Part shown: piece after piece, positions 43,211 to 54,541 of the stretch
How positions within the stretch are numbered: the stretch's first letter is position 1
Layout: every line of letters starts with the position of its first letter
Origin: Naegleria gruberi
Taxonomy: Eukaryota
Assembly: GCA_000004985.1 (NCBI GenBank)
Contig: GG738897.1
Length of the DNA: 64,000 bases
Direction: 5' to 3' (one strand)
Notes under the pieces: model-generated
What the model was told of the DNA's origin: nothing
The model's database searches: none
What the model saw: only the letters and a program-made list of their open reading frames with translations
Made by a program: the position numbers and the translations under genes

Positions 43211-43618
43211 TTAATTATTATTTTGCACTTCTTGTTTAAATGTTGTTTGTTGTGCTTCTTCAATTCTTTGATAATCATGAAATAAATAGGTAGCCTCCAC
43301 ATCCGAAATTAATCTCAAAAGGTTTTGGCAAGCATCAACCATCGAAGATGCTGTTGTTGATAACTGTAATTCATCCTTTTCATTTTGTGTCTTATTTACA
43401 TATTTATTATTTACTGAAGCAGTATTACTATCCATAACTCGTGATGATTCAACAAGTGTTTCCATCAGTGAAGCTAATCTAGTTGTTTCTCTATCCAATG
43501 TTTCATATCTAGAATCTGTGAGAGAGAACAGATCCTTTCCGAGATGTTGTGCTTTTGTTGTATTTACAACTTCTTGCTTTGGCTGCTGGAGTTGTTGTGT
43601 GGAGGGATTTCTTTGCAT
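43211..43618 (-). CDS. Small helical protein, possibly Mediator subunit Med22/Surf5-like.
   Basis: ATG at 43618, 135 aa. Two predicted amphipathic helices ('TRLASLMETLVESSRV', 'MVDACQNLLRLISDVEATYLF') whose arrangement resembles Med22. Weak evidence. Confidence 0.35.
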   Translation of the reverse strand: MQRNPSTQQLQQPKQEVVNTTKAQHLGKDLFSLTDSRYETLDRETTRLASLMETLVESSRVMDSNTASVNNKYVNKTQNEKDELQLSTTASSMVDACQNLLRLISDVEATYLFHDYQRIEEAQQTTFKQEVQNNN

Positions 43619-43795
43619 TTTTTTAAATTTATTAATAAATTTTTGTTTGATTTATTTTGTTATTAAATCTGTATTATTGATGCTCAGTAGCAAATGATAA
43701 CCAGAAAAAAGTGGTATTACTGAGTGTAAGTTTTGCTTAGGATTAATGACCTAGGTCATGTTCCAGTTCTTTTAAGGTAAAAAGAGGTCAAAAGC

Positions 43796-43879
43796 TCCGA
43801 TGAGACGGAATCGAACCGCCGACCACAGGATAACAGGTACAACTACAGTCCCATGCTCTACCAGCTGAGCTATCATCGG
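43796..43879 (-). tRNA. tRNA-Tyr (anticodon GTA) with an 11-nt intron.
   Basis: Minus-strand read: CCGATGA|TA|GCTC|AGCTGGTA|GAGC|A|TGGGA|CTGTAGA(anticodon loop, interrupted after G37 by TTGTACCTGTT)|TCCTG|TGGTC|GGCGG|TTCGATT|CCGTC|TCATCGG|A. The 7-bp acceptor stem pairs perfectly. Conserved T-loop TTCGATT. The intron sits 1 nt 3' of the anticodon, as in all eukaryotic tRNA-Tyr. Confidence 0.8.
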
Positions 43880-44027
43880 TACATTAATTGGTTTATTTTT
43901 GCCTTTAAAACTTCTAAAAATAAGCAAATTTGATAACACAAGAAGTTCAACTAAACACTGAGTGCTTTGGTGGAATGTGAACATTGTGCTATAAAGTGCA
44001 GACTTGAACTTTACCATGTAGAAAAAA

Positions 44028-46472
44028 ATGCAAGCTCAAGATTGCACCAGTTCATCTCCTTGCGTCGAAAAATTGATCATCGACCTCGGAAAGAAGATTC
44101 AGCAAGGAGAAAACGTTGAGGAAAATTCAAAATTATTGAAGGAATTAGAAATACAAGAAGGATTGCCTCTTTCCCAGAATGTGTCAAATATGTTATATAA
44201 TTTGGATATTATTAAATTTTCGGATGAAGAATCTTTGATAAAATCCGTATTGTATGAAGATGTAAAAATTATGAATGAAAAGAAATTATATGAATGGTTG
44301 GAAAGTAAAATGGAAACTGATAGGGAGTGCATGTTGAGCTATCTTATAAAACCAAAGAGAATTCTTGAAGGAGAAGAGAAGGATCAATTCGAAAGGGTTA
44401 GACTTGGCTCTATTTGTTTGAGAAAGATTATTGAAATGTTGGATCCAATTCTGTTTAATTGGTTTTCATATGAAACTTATCAAGATTTGAGACAATTTTA
44501 TGGAGAATTTACTTGTGACAATTTTCTTCCAAAATCACAAGGTCCAATTTCAACATTCAACTTAATAATGGATTTGTATTGGAGAAAGGAATACTTTACT
44601 TGTTTTTCAATTGGTATTACCTTTTTGGAGAGAACATTGGGCGATTTATTATTACTTGTCTCGAAAAAATCAAAAGATAACCCAAATGATTTGGTTTCAA
44701 TTATCGAAAATTTCAGAGAGTTAAAAATTAATGAGCTGTTGATGGTTGAAGAAATTGAAGAGGCTCTTGGAAAGGAATTTGTATTTATTTTCAGATGTTT
44801 CTCAGGCCCACTACAAGGATTGAATTTAAGAAACGTTTTATGGCATGGATTTTTGGATTCTGAAAATTTCCCTAGATGCTTTGCATCTTTCCTGATCCTT
44901 CTCATCATTAGCATTTCAAAAAGAGAGGAAACCAAGCAAGTATTAGAGAATGCTTCCTCCAAGCAAGTTAGAAGATCTTTCAATACAATGCTGGATATTC
45001 CCGTCAATTCTGGTAATCCATTGAGAAGAGACTTTTCTGATTACATCAAGAATGGAGAACATGCATTGGAAGAGAGTTTTGATTTAATTGATGAGAGCTA
45101 CCTTATACCATACAGAAGTAAGAGAGATTGGAAAAAGTCTATCGAATACTATAGAAATGGGCATATTTTCTTGAGCTTTGTCACTCTCTTCCCACATTTA
45201 GAGCACGCCTTGAGAAGAATGTTTGCCTACTCGAATAATAATTTTGAAAGGCTCTTCTCAGCAGAGACTGACCAAGTTTACACAACATTTGATGAAATTA
45301 TGCACCCTAGCATTGATTATACAGAGGTTTCATCAAATTTGACAGATGGTGGTGATAAGACCTCCACTTGGACATTTGAAAACAGAAACCGTATATTTGA
45401 AGAAATAGGAGATAGCCTCATGTTATCCCTCTTTGATATTCTCTTCTTTAAGGATGGCCCAAGAATAAGAGACAAGTTGAGTCATGGTGTTGTTGATCCA
45501 CATCAAATTTTGGAAATTGAAAATCTGTCTGAGCAGGTAATCGCCATCGTGATGTGCATTATTTTCAATTGTTCCACACTCAATAGAGAAAATCAATCAA
45601 CTAACGAGCTAACCAATAAGATTTTAGAATTAAGAAATAATTTTACCTTTCAAACCTACCATCCCCAAATGAACTTTTTCAAAGAGTTTGACACCACTCT
45701 TGAAAAGTTCAAATCATTTGTTGAAAATACAGTTTCAAAAGCTTATTATTTTAGATATAAGGATGAATTTACAAAGAAATTATTTGAAAAGTATCCAAAT
45801 ACAGAAAGAGGAGAAAAGAGATTTATCGTCAAGCAATCATCAGATTTAGTCAACTTGATTGAAGTCTATAATAAGAGAATGCAAGATATTGGCCACGATT
45901 CAGTTGTATATAGAGATTTGTATCAACACAATATCAAACTTAACATCTTACTTGAAGAACCATCCGAAACAGAAACTATACAAAGTTTGGATTTGGAAAT
46001 GATACAAAATTCATTTGCTACCCTTAAGAAAACCAAAATGAAACCAAGACTTCCATTAACATTTTGTGGAAAAGTTGGAAATATTCAATCGATAGAATTT
46101 ACAAAAATATACAGACTCACAGATATTGTAAAGGCCAGTGGACAATTTGTTGATGAAGTCACTGCACTCTTAGCAGAATTGGAAGAACCAATTTTGAGTA
46201 GAAAGGCCTACTCTAGACATAGAAAGCGTTTCGTCTACACTTGCTACAATATGATTGACTTTTACAATCAATGCATTCTCCAACTTATGGCAGTTGAATT
46301 TTTATCCCTTAGCCCTGTCAACAAAATTGAATTGGACGAAAGAGGAATTATTTTGAGATTGGCTCGAGCAAGTCCACCAAGTGTGAAATCTTCAACATTA
46401 GACAAGATTGAAAAGCTAAATCTCGAATGGAAAACATTTATCCAAAATATCCAACTTGAAAAAAGCCCTTAA
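44028..46472 (+). CDS. Hypothetical 814-aa protein with an internal duplication. Possibly DUF4209/ERMARD-like. Single exon.
   Basis: ATG at 44028. Two related segments ('NLRNVLWHGFLD...FLILLIISI' and 'IRDKLSHGVVDP...VIAIVMCII'), each followed by a hydrophobic stretch. Confidence 0.5.
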   Translation: MQAQDCTSSSPCVEKLIIDLGKKIQQGENVEENSKLLKELEIQEGLPLSQNVSNMLYNLDIIKFSDEESLIKSVLYEDVKIMNEKKLYEWLESKMETDRECMLSYLIKPKRILEGEEKDQFERVRLGSICLRKIIEMLDPILFNWFSYETYQDLRQFYGEFTCDNFLPKSQGPISTFNLIMDLYWRKEYFTCFSIGITFLERTLGDLLLLVSKKSKDNPNDLVSIIENFRELKINELLMVEEIEEALGKEFVFIFRCFSGPLQGLNLRNVLWHGFLDSENFPRCFASFLILLIISISKREETKQVLENASSKQVRRSFNTMLDIPVNSGNPLRRDFSDYIKNGEHALEESFDLIDESYLIPYRSKRDWKKSIEYYRNGHIFLSFVTLFPHLEHALRRMFAYSNNNFERLFSAETDQVYTTFDEIMHPSIDYTEVSSNLTDGGDKTSTWTFENRNRIFEEIGDSLMLSLFDILFFKDGPRIRDKLSHGVVDPHQILEIENLSEQVIAIVMCIIFNCSTLNRENQSTNELTNKILELRNNFTFQTYHPQMNFFKEFDTTLEKFKSFVENTVSKAYYFRYKDEFTKKLFEKYPNTERGEKRFIVKQSSDLVNLIEVYNKRMQDIGHDSVVYRDLYQHNIKLNILLEEPSETETIQSLDLEMIQNSFATLKKTKMKPRLPLTFCGKVGNIQSIEFTKIYRLTDIVKASGQFVDEVTALLAELEEPILSRKAYSRHRKRFVYTCYNMIDFYNQCILQLMAVEFLSLSPVNKIELDERGIILRLARASPPSVKSSTLDKIEKLNLEWKTFIQNIQLEKSP

Positions 46473-46616
46473 TATCTCTCTTAACAACACACTGTATAAC
46501 TGTATAACAATTCATTGAAATTGAAATCAATTTCAGTTATTTCATAAAAATTTACCGCCAAAAAAATTACAGTAAGTTTTTTGCTTTTTTGGCAATATCA
46601 AAACCTTTAAAAAAAA

Positions 46617-48224
46617 ATGGCAAATGTAGCAGCAACTCTTTCATCTTCTTCACCAGTTCGCTCTAGAAAACAAGCTGCTACATCTTCAAATTCAGGGGCG
46701 AATGCTTCCCTCAATATAAGTAACCTCAGTTCCAGTAGTAATTCAACAAGTGTTTATAGAACACACGAATATACGGATCAAGCTCGACATATTAGCTTGA
46801 GTCCCTTCATTTCTCTTCCTCATTTAAATCCGGATAATTCAAATCCAAGTCATACATCGACAAAATCAGCAACAGCTACCCATAGTCCTGAGGCAAACAG
46901 AATTAAGGTGGGAATGGCTAAATTATTGGGATCATTTGATTTGTTGGAACAAGTGGAGATGGAAAAGAGAGATTGGAAAGATGCCATCAAATCATTACAT
47001 AAGAGGTTTGTGTCACCAAGCTTACTTTTCTAATTAGTATTTTGAAAAAAAAGAGGAGAACTACGTACCACCTATGACATGTCTCTACTGCTGACATTAG
47101 CAGGGAGATTGAAAGTATTTTCTGATCCATCAATTCGGTTTTCAAATGAGGAATTGGAGGAAGCCCTTAGGTTTGCATCAATGGAAACTGTAAAGGTTAA
47201 TGATGTTGTATGTGAAGTGGATTATCCAACAAAGAAGCCACAGTATTTTTATGTGGTCCTTAAAGGAAGTATTTCGTTAACATCCTCTCCCTATCCTGCC
47301 TCTTATAAAGTGGGAAAGAGAGGTAGCAGTTTTAGAAGTAACTCTGATTATACATCAGCATCACCAAGATCAAATTTTTCATACAAGAATATTTGTAGTT
47401 TCTTCTCAGGAGATGCTTTTGGAGGTGATTTATGTAATGATGAATATTCAAAGGAAGGATTATGGAAATGGGTTGCAAATGAGGAAAGTGATATATTAAG
47501 GATACCTACGGAAGTTTACAATAACGCTATCAAACCAAAATATGAAAAGGAACTTAAATCAAGAGTTTCCTTTTTGAAGAATTTGGTTGTACCATTGTTT
47601 GGTTATTACAAGCCATCAATGCTTTATGAATTGGCAAAATCATTCTTTGTTCAACATTTACCATCCAGGCACACAATAATCAAACAAGGAAGACCCGGAA
47701 ATATGATGTATTTTATCAAATCAGGAGAAGTTGCTGTTCTAAGGAGACTTAAATTCCAAGACACAGTGGGTGTTAAAACTACTGAGTTTGTTAGATTTGT
47801 GGAGCTGTCAAGATTAAAGCAAAAAGAATATTTTGGAGAGCGAGTTCTCTTGGCATGTGTAAACGAAAACCTAAATGAGTCAAAAACTGACATTAGTATT
47901 TCAAATAATTACTGCTCAAGACTAGCCTCAATTTATACAACCACAGAGACTATTCTGTATTGTATCAATAGAACCAGTTTTTCAAATTGTAAGTGTTAAT
48001 CCATTAGTTCTCAATAACTAGAATCCTCAATAACCCAAACAGTTTTCAATAAGGATGCCATAACTAAAATGCAAAAGTATGCCGATACCTATCCAAGAGA
48101 GAAGGAAATTAGAAAAGTATTTGCAGGTCAACAGGAGTGGCAAAAGTATAAATCGAAATTAATGAGAGAAATAATCGAGAAACCGAAACCAGACGAAATA
48201 CTCTCACCAAGAAATAAAATGTAA
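46617..48224 (+). CDS. Protein with two cyclic-nucleotide-binding (CNB) domains. Three exons: 46617-47005, 47054-47988, 48043-48224.
   Basis: ATG at 46617. CNB hallmarks: 'FGG' and 'YFGERVLL' (FGE motif) preceded by beta-roll segments. Introns GTTTGT...AG (48 nt) and GTAAGT...cAG (54 nt). Both are phase-consistent and join the track ORFs 46617..47033 and 47079..47999 to a downstream 3' exon. Confidence 0.6.
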
Positions 48225-48246
48225 ATAATATAATGAGCTATATAAT

Positions 48247-49223
48247 TTATTGATTCTTCTTACCATCCAAACCTAATTTAGCAAGAATATCCTTAGCTTG
48301 AGGTGGCAATTTAGAAATACCCAAATCAATGTACTTCTTAGATTGATCACAAGCAATCTTGAGAACAGAGTCAATTTCATCTTGTTTCCATTCATAAATT
48401 AATGGGAGAGTGAAGAGGACATTCAAAGCAAGATACAAGAAAGTTTCACCGGCCATCTTTTTACCCAACCAGCTGACAATGAGAACAACAACACCGAAAG
48501 CAAGGGTCTTACCCAATTCCTTACAGCTCAAAATGTCAAGATAATACTTCAAGCCAGAGTTAACGTTTGCAACGATACCAGTGACAATCTTATTGACGAG
48601 TTCTTGACTAATTTCAACATTTTGGAATGGGAAAGTATGACTATTAAAATATGTTAATATATGAATTGGCTCAAAAATAAAACTTACTTTGGATTGTTTT
48701 GAATAATTTTAAAGACAACCATGTAACCAACAGAAATGAGAACTTGAATAAAGACAACCTTGCCAATGAGGTTGACAAGTGTGAATTCATATTTGCAGAG
48801 AAGGAGGAAAAGAGCTTGAATAGCAAGGAAGACTGGGACAGTGACAAAGATATTTCTCCACATGAGAATATCAGCCAAACTTAATTGTTCAACTGGAGTT
48901 TGATCGGTTGGATTAATACTGAAAGGAAGTGGTTGTCCCTTGCTAGATCTTTTAACAGGAGTGGCAGTAAGAGTTGATGTTGGTGTTGTGGTGGCAGCAA
49001 CCTTTGGAGTAGAAGTTGTTGTTGTTGTTGGAGAAGTAGAGGCAACAACTGGTGTAACAACAGCCTTTGGTTTTTCTTCAACTACATCAGCAACAGTTTC
49101 AACAACTGGTGTGATTGTTGCAGGAACTTCTGGTGTAGTAGTAACTGGTGTTGTGGTTTCTTCAACCTTTTCATCATCATCAAGAGCAGTAAAGCTGGTT
49201 TGTTCTAATTCTTCGGCAGACAT
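48247..49223 (-). CDS. Reticulon-like protein (RHD with two hydrophobic hairpins) and a Thr/Pro/Val-rich N-terminal region. Two exons: 49223-48688 and 48640-48247.
   Basis: ATG at 49223. 'LADILMWRN' followed by hairpin 1 ('IFVTVPVFLAIQALFLLL...VVFIQVLISVGYMVVF'). After a 47-nt GTAAGT...tAG intron (48687-48641), hairpin 2 follows ('LAFGVVVLIVSWL...FLYLALNVLFTLPLIY'). Confidence 0.65.
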
Positions 49224-49948
49224 TGTGTTTTGCGTTTTTTGATTTTTTTACAACGATGATTTTATATAAAGCTTAGGAATTTTTTATTTTTAGAGTCCAA
49301 AACGGAAATTAAATAATGAGCGCCAAGACAATTAAAACATATTTGACACTTTTTCATCAAAGACGTGTCTTTAAGAAGAAGAGACATCTTTGAATTTCTA
49401 ATGTCTTAGAATATTTTCGTGTTTTTTACAGTGATATGAAAATTTGATTCATAGTTGAGGTTGTTTTTCAATTTTTGCTCAATATTATCTTTGGTTTTAT
49501 TTGAAAATTGTCCTATTCAATCTTGTTCTTTTTTTGAAAATCTGATTCATTACTCAACATTTTCAAATATACCATTCTATCCATCCATACGGTTACACCA
49601 TCTCTCAAATAATAACATTTTATATGGATTCTTTCTTGTCTCTCAAAATCAAACACCTGATTATAATTCTCTCCACGAGAACTTCGTAGTAAACCAAATT
49701 TCAGAGGCTTGGAAAAAAGAGAATCAAAAATTTTGAATTAAAAAAAATTTTGTTGAACAAGGATCATCAGCTCATCACTGAAGGATAAAACCACAACAAG
49801 AGAGGACAGAAGAAGAACATCAAAAAGTATAATATTGGTTCTCATAAAACGCTTGATTATTGTTCATCATATTTTAAAATTAATTACCGGAACAACGAAT
49901 TATAATTATAATATTATTATTATTTAAATAACAACATATAAATTCATC

Positions 49949-52615
49949 ATGAGTTGGGTTCCAAACGAGCAAGGACTTCAACAAGTCATGGAACTTCTTA
50001 TTAACAGTAGGAAGGGAAGTACACAAATTCAAAAGGAATGTACTCTGAAGTTACAACAATTCAACGATAATGTTCACGATTTCAACAATTATTTGGTACA
50101 CATCTTCTCTAAATGTAAAGAAGTTGATCCAGCTGACAGACAAGCAGCTGGTCTTATTTTGAAAGCTAACTTGAAACAAAAGTTGGTTTCTCTCACTGAT
50201 ATTGAAAAGGAACACTTGAGATTATTGTTATTGGAAGCTCTTGGTGATGATATTCCTTTCATTAGATCAACAGCCGGAACTCTTATTGCTTTCATCTTTT
50301 TTTGGGACCAAATTGAAGCTTGGCCACAATGTATTTCACAACTTTTGACTCTTCTTGGTAATAGTAATAATCAACAACTTGTCGATGGTACAATGGCTTG
50401 TTTATCGAAAGTTTGTGAAGATAACTATGCTCAATTTGAGGGCGATTACGCACAACAGCTCACTGTTCTTATTCCAGTTTTGATTAAATTCATGGAATAT
50501 CCAAATGAAGGTATTAGAAAGAATGCTCTCAGCTCAATCCTCCAATTCTTCCAATTGGATCCAGTTCCTACTGCCATTACTGATAATATGGATGCTTACT
50601 TGAGATCTCTTTTCAATATTGCCAATGATAATTCCGTAACTCTTCGTAAATATGCTTGCCGTGCATTTGTCTTGCTTTTGGACATTCCTCACTATTTGAA
50701 ACAAGCCATTTCTACTGTTATTGAATATATGATTCACTGTACAGCCTCTGATGATGAAACCTTGTCATTGGAAGCTTGCGAATTTTGGACTGTTTTACTC
50801 AGTCTTGATCCAAAGAATCCATGTCAACCATTCTATCCAATTCTCCAAAACCATCTCCCTCAACTTGTTCCAGTTTTATTGAGTAAGATGCAATATTCTG
50901 AATTTGAACAAGCTTCACTTTTACACGATTCTGAAAGACCAGACAGAGATTCTGATATTAACCCATCTGTTTACCACATCAAACCAAAAGACTCTCTCGA
51001 AGAAGAATACGACGACGAAGATGATGAAGACTATGAAGATTTTGATGAAGACGATTTTGGTGGTGATAGTGATTGGTCTTTGAGAAAATGCAGTGCTACT
51101 TCATTGGATTTGTTATCTAACGTTTTTGGATCCTCAATTCTTCCATATTTGTTACCTCAAATTGAACAAAAGATGAATGGTGAAGTTCCATGGCCAGTTA
51201 GAGAAAGTGCAATTTTGGCTTTGGGTGCTGTTTCTGATGGATGCATGACTGGAATGTTGCAACATCTTCCAAAGTTGATCCCATATCTTCTTGCTGTTAT
51301 TAATGACGAAAAGCCATTGGTAAGAAATATTACTTGTTGGTCTTTGAGTAGATATGCCAGATGGATTGTTGAACAACCATTGGACAAGTACTTTGAACCA
51401 GTTTTGGCTGCCATCCTCTCTAAAATGTTAGATAACAACAAGTGTGTTCAAGAGGCTGCCAGTTCTGCATTTGCCACTCTTGAAGAAAATGCCAAGACAC
51501 TTGTCATTCCATACTTGAAGCCAATCTTGGAAACTATTGCTAGTGCTTTCCAAATCTATCAAAAGAAGAATATTTTCATTTTGTACGATGCTATTAGAAC
51601 CTTGGCTGACTCTGTAGGCTCTCATTTGAACAAACCAATCTTTATTCAACTTATCATTCCTCCACTCATTACTAAATGGAATAATTTGATGGATGACGAT
51701 AAGGATTTGTTACCCCTTCTTGAATGTTTAACTGGTGTAGCAGCTGCTCTCCAAAATGGTTTCCACTCATTTGCTGAACCAGTTTTCCACAGATGTATCA
51801 AGATTATTCAAACTATCTTTGAAATTGACCAAAAGAGGCCACAAGAAGCTGACAGAGAATTTGTCATTTGTTCTCTTGACCTCATTGGTGGCATTCTTGA
51901 AGGATTAGGTCCAAATGTCAACCAAATTCTTACTACTTCAAAGTTATTGGATGTCTTGTTCATTTGTATTAAGGACAGATTCTCAGACGTCAGACAAAGT
52001 GGTTTGGGTGTAATTGGTGATTTGGCCAAGAATGGTATTGAATACTTAAAGAATGGTCTTCCTCAATTCCTCCCAATTATTATTGCCAACATTAATCCAA
52101 AGGCCCAATCAGTGTGTAACAATGCTTGTTGGTCTTTCGGTGAAATTACTGTAAAGATTGGTCCAGAAATTGCATCCTACGCCACAGAAATCTTCCCAAA
52201 GATGATTCCAATCCTCAATTCTCCATCTACCAACAACTCCCTTGTAGAAAACTTATCTGTTACCATTGGTAGAATTGCATTGGTTTGTCCACAAATTGTT
52301 GCTCCAAATTTACCAGTTATTTGCAAGAATTTGTGCTTGGGATTGAGCAAGGTTACTAATAAGATTGAAAGAGAACATGGTTATGCTGGATTGTGTGCTG
52401 CTATTAAGGCTAATCCTTCAGGAGCAGTTCAACACTTCTCATTCGTTCTCGATACTATTTCAAACTGCACTGATCCAAGCCAAGAGCTCAAGAATGAATT
52501 TGTGCAAATTCTCCAAGGTTTCAAGCAAGGAATGGGTGATCAAGCTTGGATTTCTTACTTGACAAGTATCCCAGAAGATATTACCCTTAAACTCAGACAA
52601 GATTATAACATTTAA
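49949..52615 (+). CDS. Transportin / importin beta-2 (karyopherin beta-2). Single exon, 888 aa.
   Basis: ATG at 49949. N-terminus 'PNEQGLQQVMELLINS...DFNNYLVHIF' closely parallels transportin-1 ('PDEQGLQQILQLLKES...DFNNYLIFVL'). Acidic H8 loop 'EEEYDDEDDEDYEDFDEDDF'. HEAT repeats throughout. Confidence 0.85.
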   Translation: MSWVPNEQGLQQVMELLINSRKGSTQIQKECTLKLQQFNDNVHDFNNYLVHIFSKCKEVDPADRQAAGLILKANLKQKLVSLTDIEKEHLRLLLLEALGDDIPFIRSTAGTLIAFIFFWDQIEAWPQCISQLLTLLGNSNNQQLVDGTMACLSKVCEDNYAQFEGDYAQQLTVLIPVLIKFMEYPNEGIRKNALSSILQFFQLDPVPTAITDNMDAYLRSLFNIANDNSVTLRKYACRAFVLLLDIPHYLKQAISTVIEYMIHCTASDDETLSLEACEFWTVLLSLDPKNPCQPFYPILQNHLPQLVPVLLSKMQYSEFEQASLLHDSERPDRDSDINPSVYHIKPKDSLEEEYDDEDDEDYEDFDEDDFGGDSDWSLRKCSATSLDLLSNVFGSSILPYLLPQIEQKMNGEVPWPVRESAILALGAVSDGCMTGMLQHLPKLIPYLLAVINDEKPLVRNITCWSLSRYARWIVEQPLDKYFEPVLAAILSKMLDNNKCVQEAASSAFATLEENAKTLVIPYLKPILETIASAFQIYQKKNIFILYDAIRTLADSVGSHLNKPIFIQLIIPPLITKWNNLMDDDKDLLPLLECLTGVAAALQNGFHSFAEPVFHRCIKIIQTIFEIDQKRPQEADREFVICSLDLIGGILEGLGPNVNQILTTSKLLDVLFICIKDRFSDVRQSGLGVIGDLAKNGIEYLKNGLPQFLPIIIANINPKAQSVCNNACWSFGEITVKIGPEIASYATEIFPKMIPILNSPSTNNSLVENLSVTIGRIALVCPQIVAPNLPVICKNLCLGLSKVTNKIEREHGYAGLCAAIKANPSGAVQHFSFVLDTISNCTDPSQELKNEFVQILQGFKQGMGDQAWISYLTSIPEDITLKLRQDYNI

Positions 52616-52788
52616 ACAATGGGATTGAAAGATAATTGATCTAATCCCAAGGATCATTTAAAATAGAATAACTCGCGACAACAACTTTAAATTAATCAAC
52701 ATGAAAACAAGGCACATCAGGACCCTGCCTCAAAACATCAGCATCAACAACCAACATCAGCAATAAAATATTAAATAATCATTAAAAT

Positions 52789-54447
52789 TTATTGATGTTC
52801 TTCTTCGTTATGAGCAACAACATTAAGACCTCTTCTCAAATCAAAGTTGAGCAAATCAGAAACATTATCAACAGCTGAAGTTGGATCATGCTTGTGTGAC
52901 ATAAAGTGACCTTGTAATTCAGCACAAGTAAAACGTCTAATTTCCTTATGTTCTGCGAAAATCTTAGCACAGAATAAATCAGCACAATCGTATTCACGAG
53001 GATAAAAGTTGAGGAACATTTCTCTAGTTTGAATTTCATCAGCAAAGTCAATCAAATATTTTACATCAATTCTGCCAGGCCTAATTAAGGCATCTGGTAA
53101 TCTGTCAATATGATTGGTGGTCATGAACAAAATTCTTCCTTCTTGAGCTACAACGCCATCAATACAATTCAAAAGTCCACCCAGTGTTACGTTTGATCCA
53201 GTTCCATGAGTGGAAAGCTCAGAAACTGAATTATCATCACTTGCTTCAGGTTGGGATGGATGTGGTGGTCTAGTTTGTTTTCGTTCCATCTTAATTGGAG
53301 CAGAAAAACAAGCATCAATATCTTCCAACAGTATTATAGAGTTGAATGGTGTATTCAATAAGAGACTGTTCAAATTATCATCATTGAGATTCTTATTACT
53401 AATATTAATGCAACAAATATTCTTATCCAAGGCACCTGCCAATGCAGTTACTGTACTTGTTTTACCTGTACCAGGTGGTCCCTATTTTGATAATTCAATT
53501 CAAAATTATAAATATTATTAAATATTATCATGATGTTAATAATACTAATACAATATAAAAAATATACTTACATAGAGAAGATAACCTCTTCTGAATGGAA
53601 TACCATGATCGTTATACCACTTTTCAAGTCCAATAAAATTCTTAGCATCCATCAACAACTTTTCGAAAATATTCGATTGTAATTTAACAGTACTAGGTGG
53701 ACGTTTCAATTTTGAAATTCTTGGCTCCCAAAAATCACAATACGAATCTGGAAGATAAATCAATGTTTTACCATGTTTAGATTCCAAATATTTCTGTTGA
53801 CAATCGATAATAAATTCCTTCAAAAAGTTTGGACTTGTTGCCAAACAACTAATTTCAATTTGTTCACTTGGAGAATTTGGTGATGATCCCAAAGATGCAC
53901 CTGATGATAAATTTCTTTCATATGAAATCTTGATAGTTTTTCCTTTAAATTTCAAATAATGAATACCAGGTGATGGAATAAATTTGATTGGAACTGAATG
54001 TTTATCCTTTTCAGAAGGATTATGTTTAAAACTAGAGAAATCAAAATGAGTTTTGGATGCTAAAATAGCCAAATGATTCGAATCTTGACTATAACTATCC
54101 TCAGCCAACCAATACATGAACCAATGATATGCTTCATCATTATTATTAATTTGCAACTTGCTCACAAAATTCTTTTGAAACAAGTAATTAATGGAACTGT
54201 ACCAAAATGTACCAAGTCCCAAACTTCCCAAAAACAAATACAAATGTCCAATATTAATATTCTTTGCAAGGCTGAGAAATTTCTCCCAGAGTGATGAAAG
54301 TGTTCCCGATGATCCAACTCCAACAGCAGCAGCAACAACACTTGCTCCGATTAATCCTGTCGTTGTTGATGGAGTGTTTGTTGTTTGCACGTTGTTTCCG
54401 AGAGTTGGTGATTGAACGAGCGTGGTGCTTGTTAGATTTGTATTCAT
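52789..54447 (-). CDS. Mitochondrial chaperone BCS1 (AAA+ ATPase). Two exons: 54447-53572 and 53481-52789.
   Basis: ATG at 54447; the track ORF starts further upstream at 54528 with a probable non-ATG codon. N-terminal TM segment plus BCS1_N region. '...WYNDHGIPFRRGYLLY|GPPGTGKTSTVTALAGAL' is restored by removing a 90-nt GTAAGT...tAG intron (53571-53482). The Walker A motif is split across the junction. Walker B 'ILLLEDIDA'. Sensor and arginine finger 'TTNHIDRLDPALIRPGRID'. Confidence 0.8.
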
Positions 54448-54541
54448 TTTTTTTAAACTTTTAAAGTTTTCGTAAAATTGATTGAATTTGAAAGAAGCCA
54501 AAAAGGCAACAGTGTTAAAAAATATCAATTATTAAGAGAGT

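Noticed and set aside
48881-49242. ORFs 48881..49081 (-) (poly-Q/L-rich) and 48940..49242 (+) (Val/Thr/Gly-rich) overlapping the reticulon gene.
   Set aside because: They are alternative-frame and opposite-strand translations of the same triplet-repeat DNA that encodes the Thr/Pro/Val-rich N-terminus of the reticulon. They are not independent genes.
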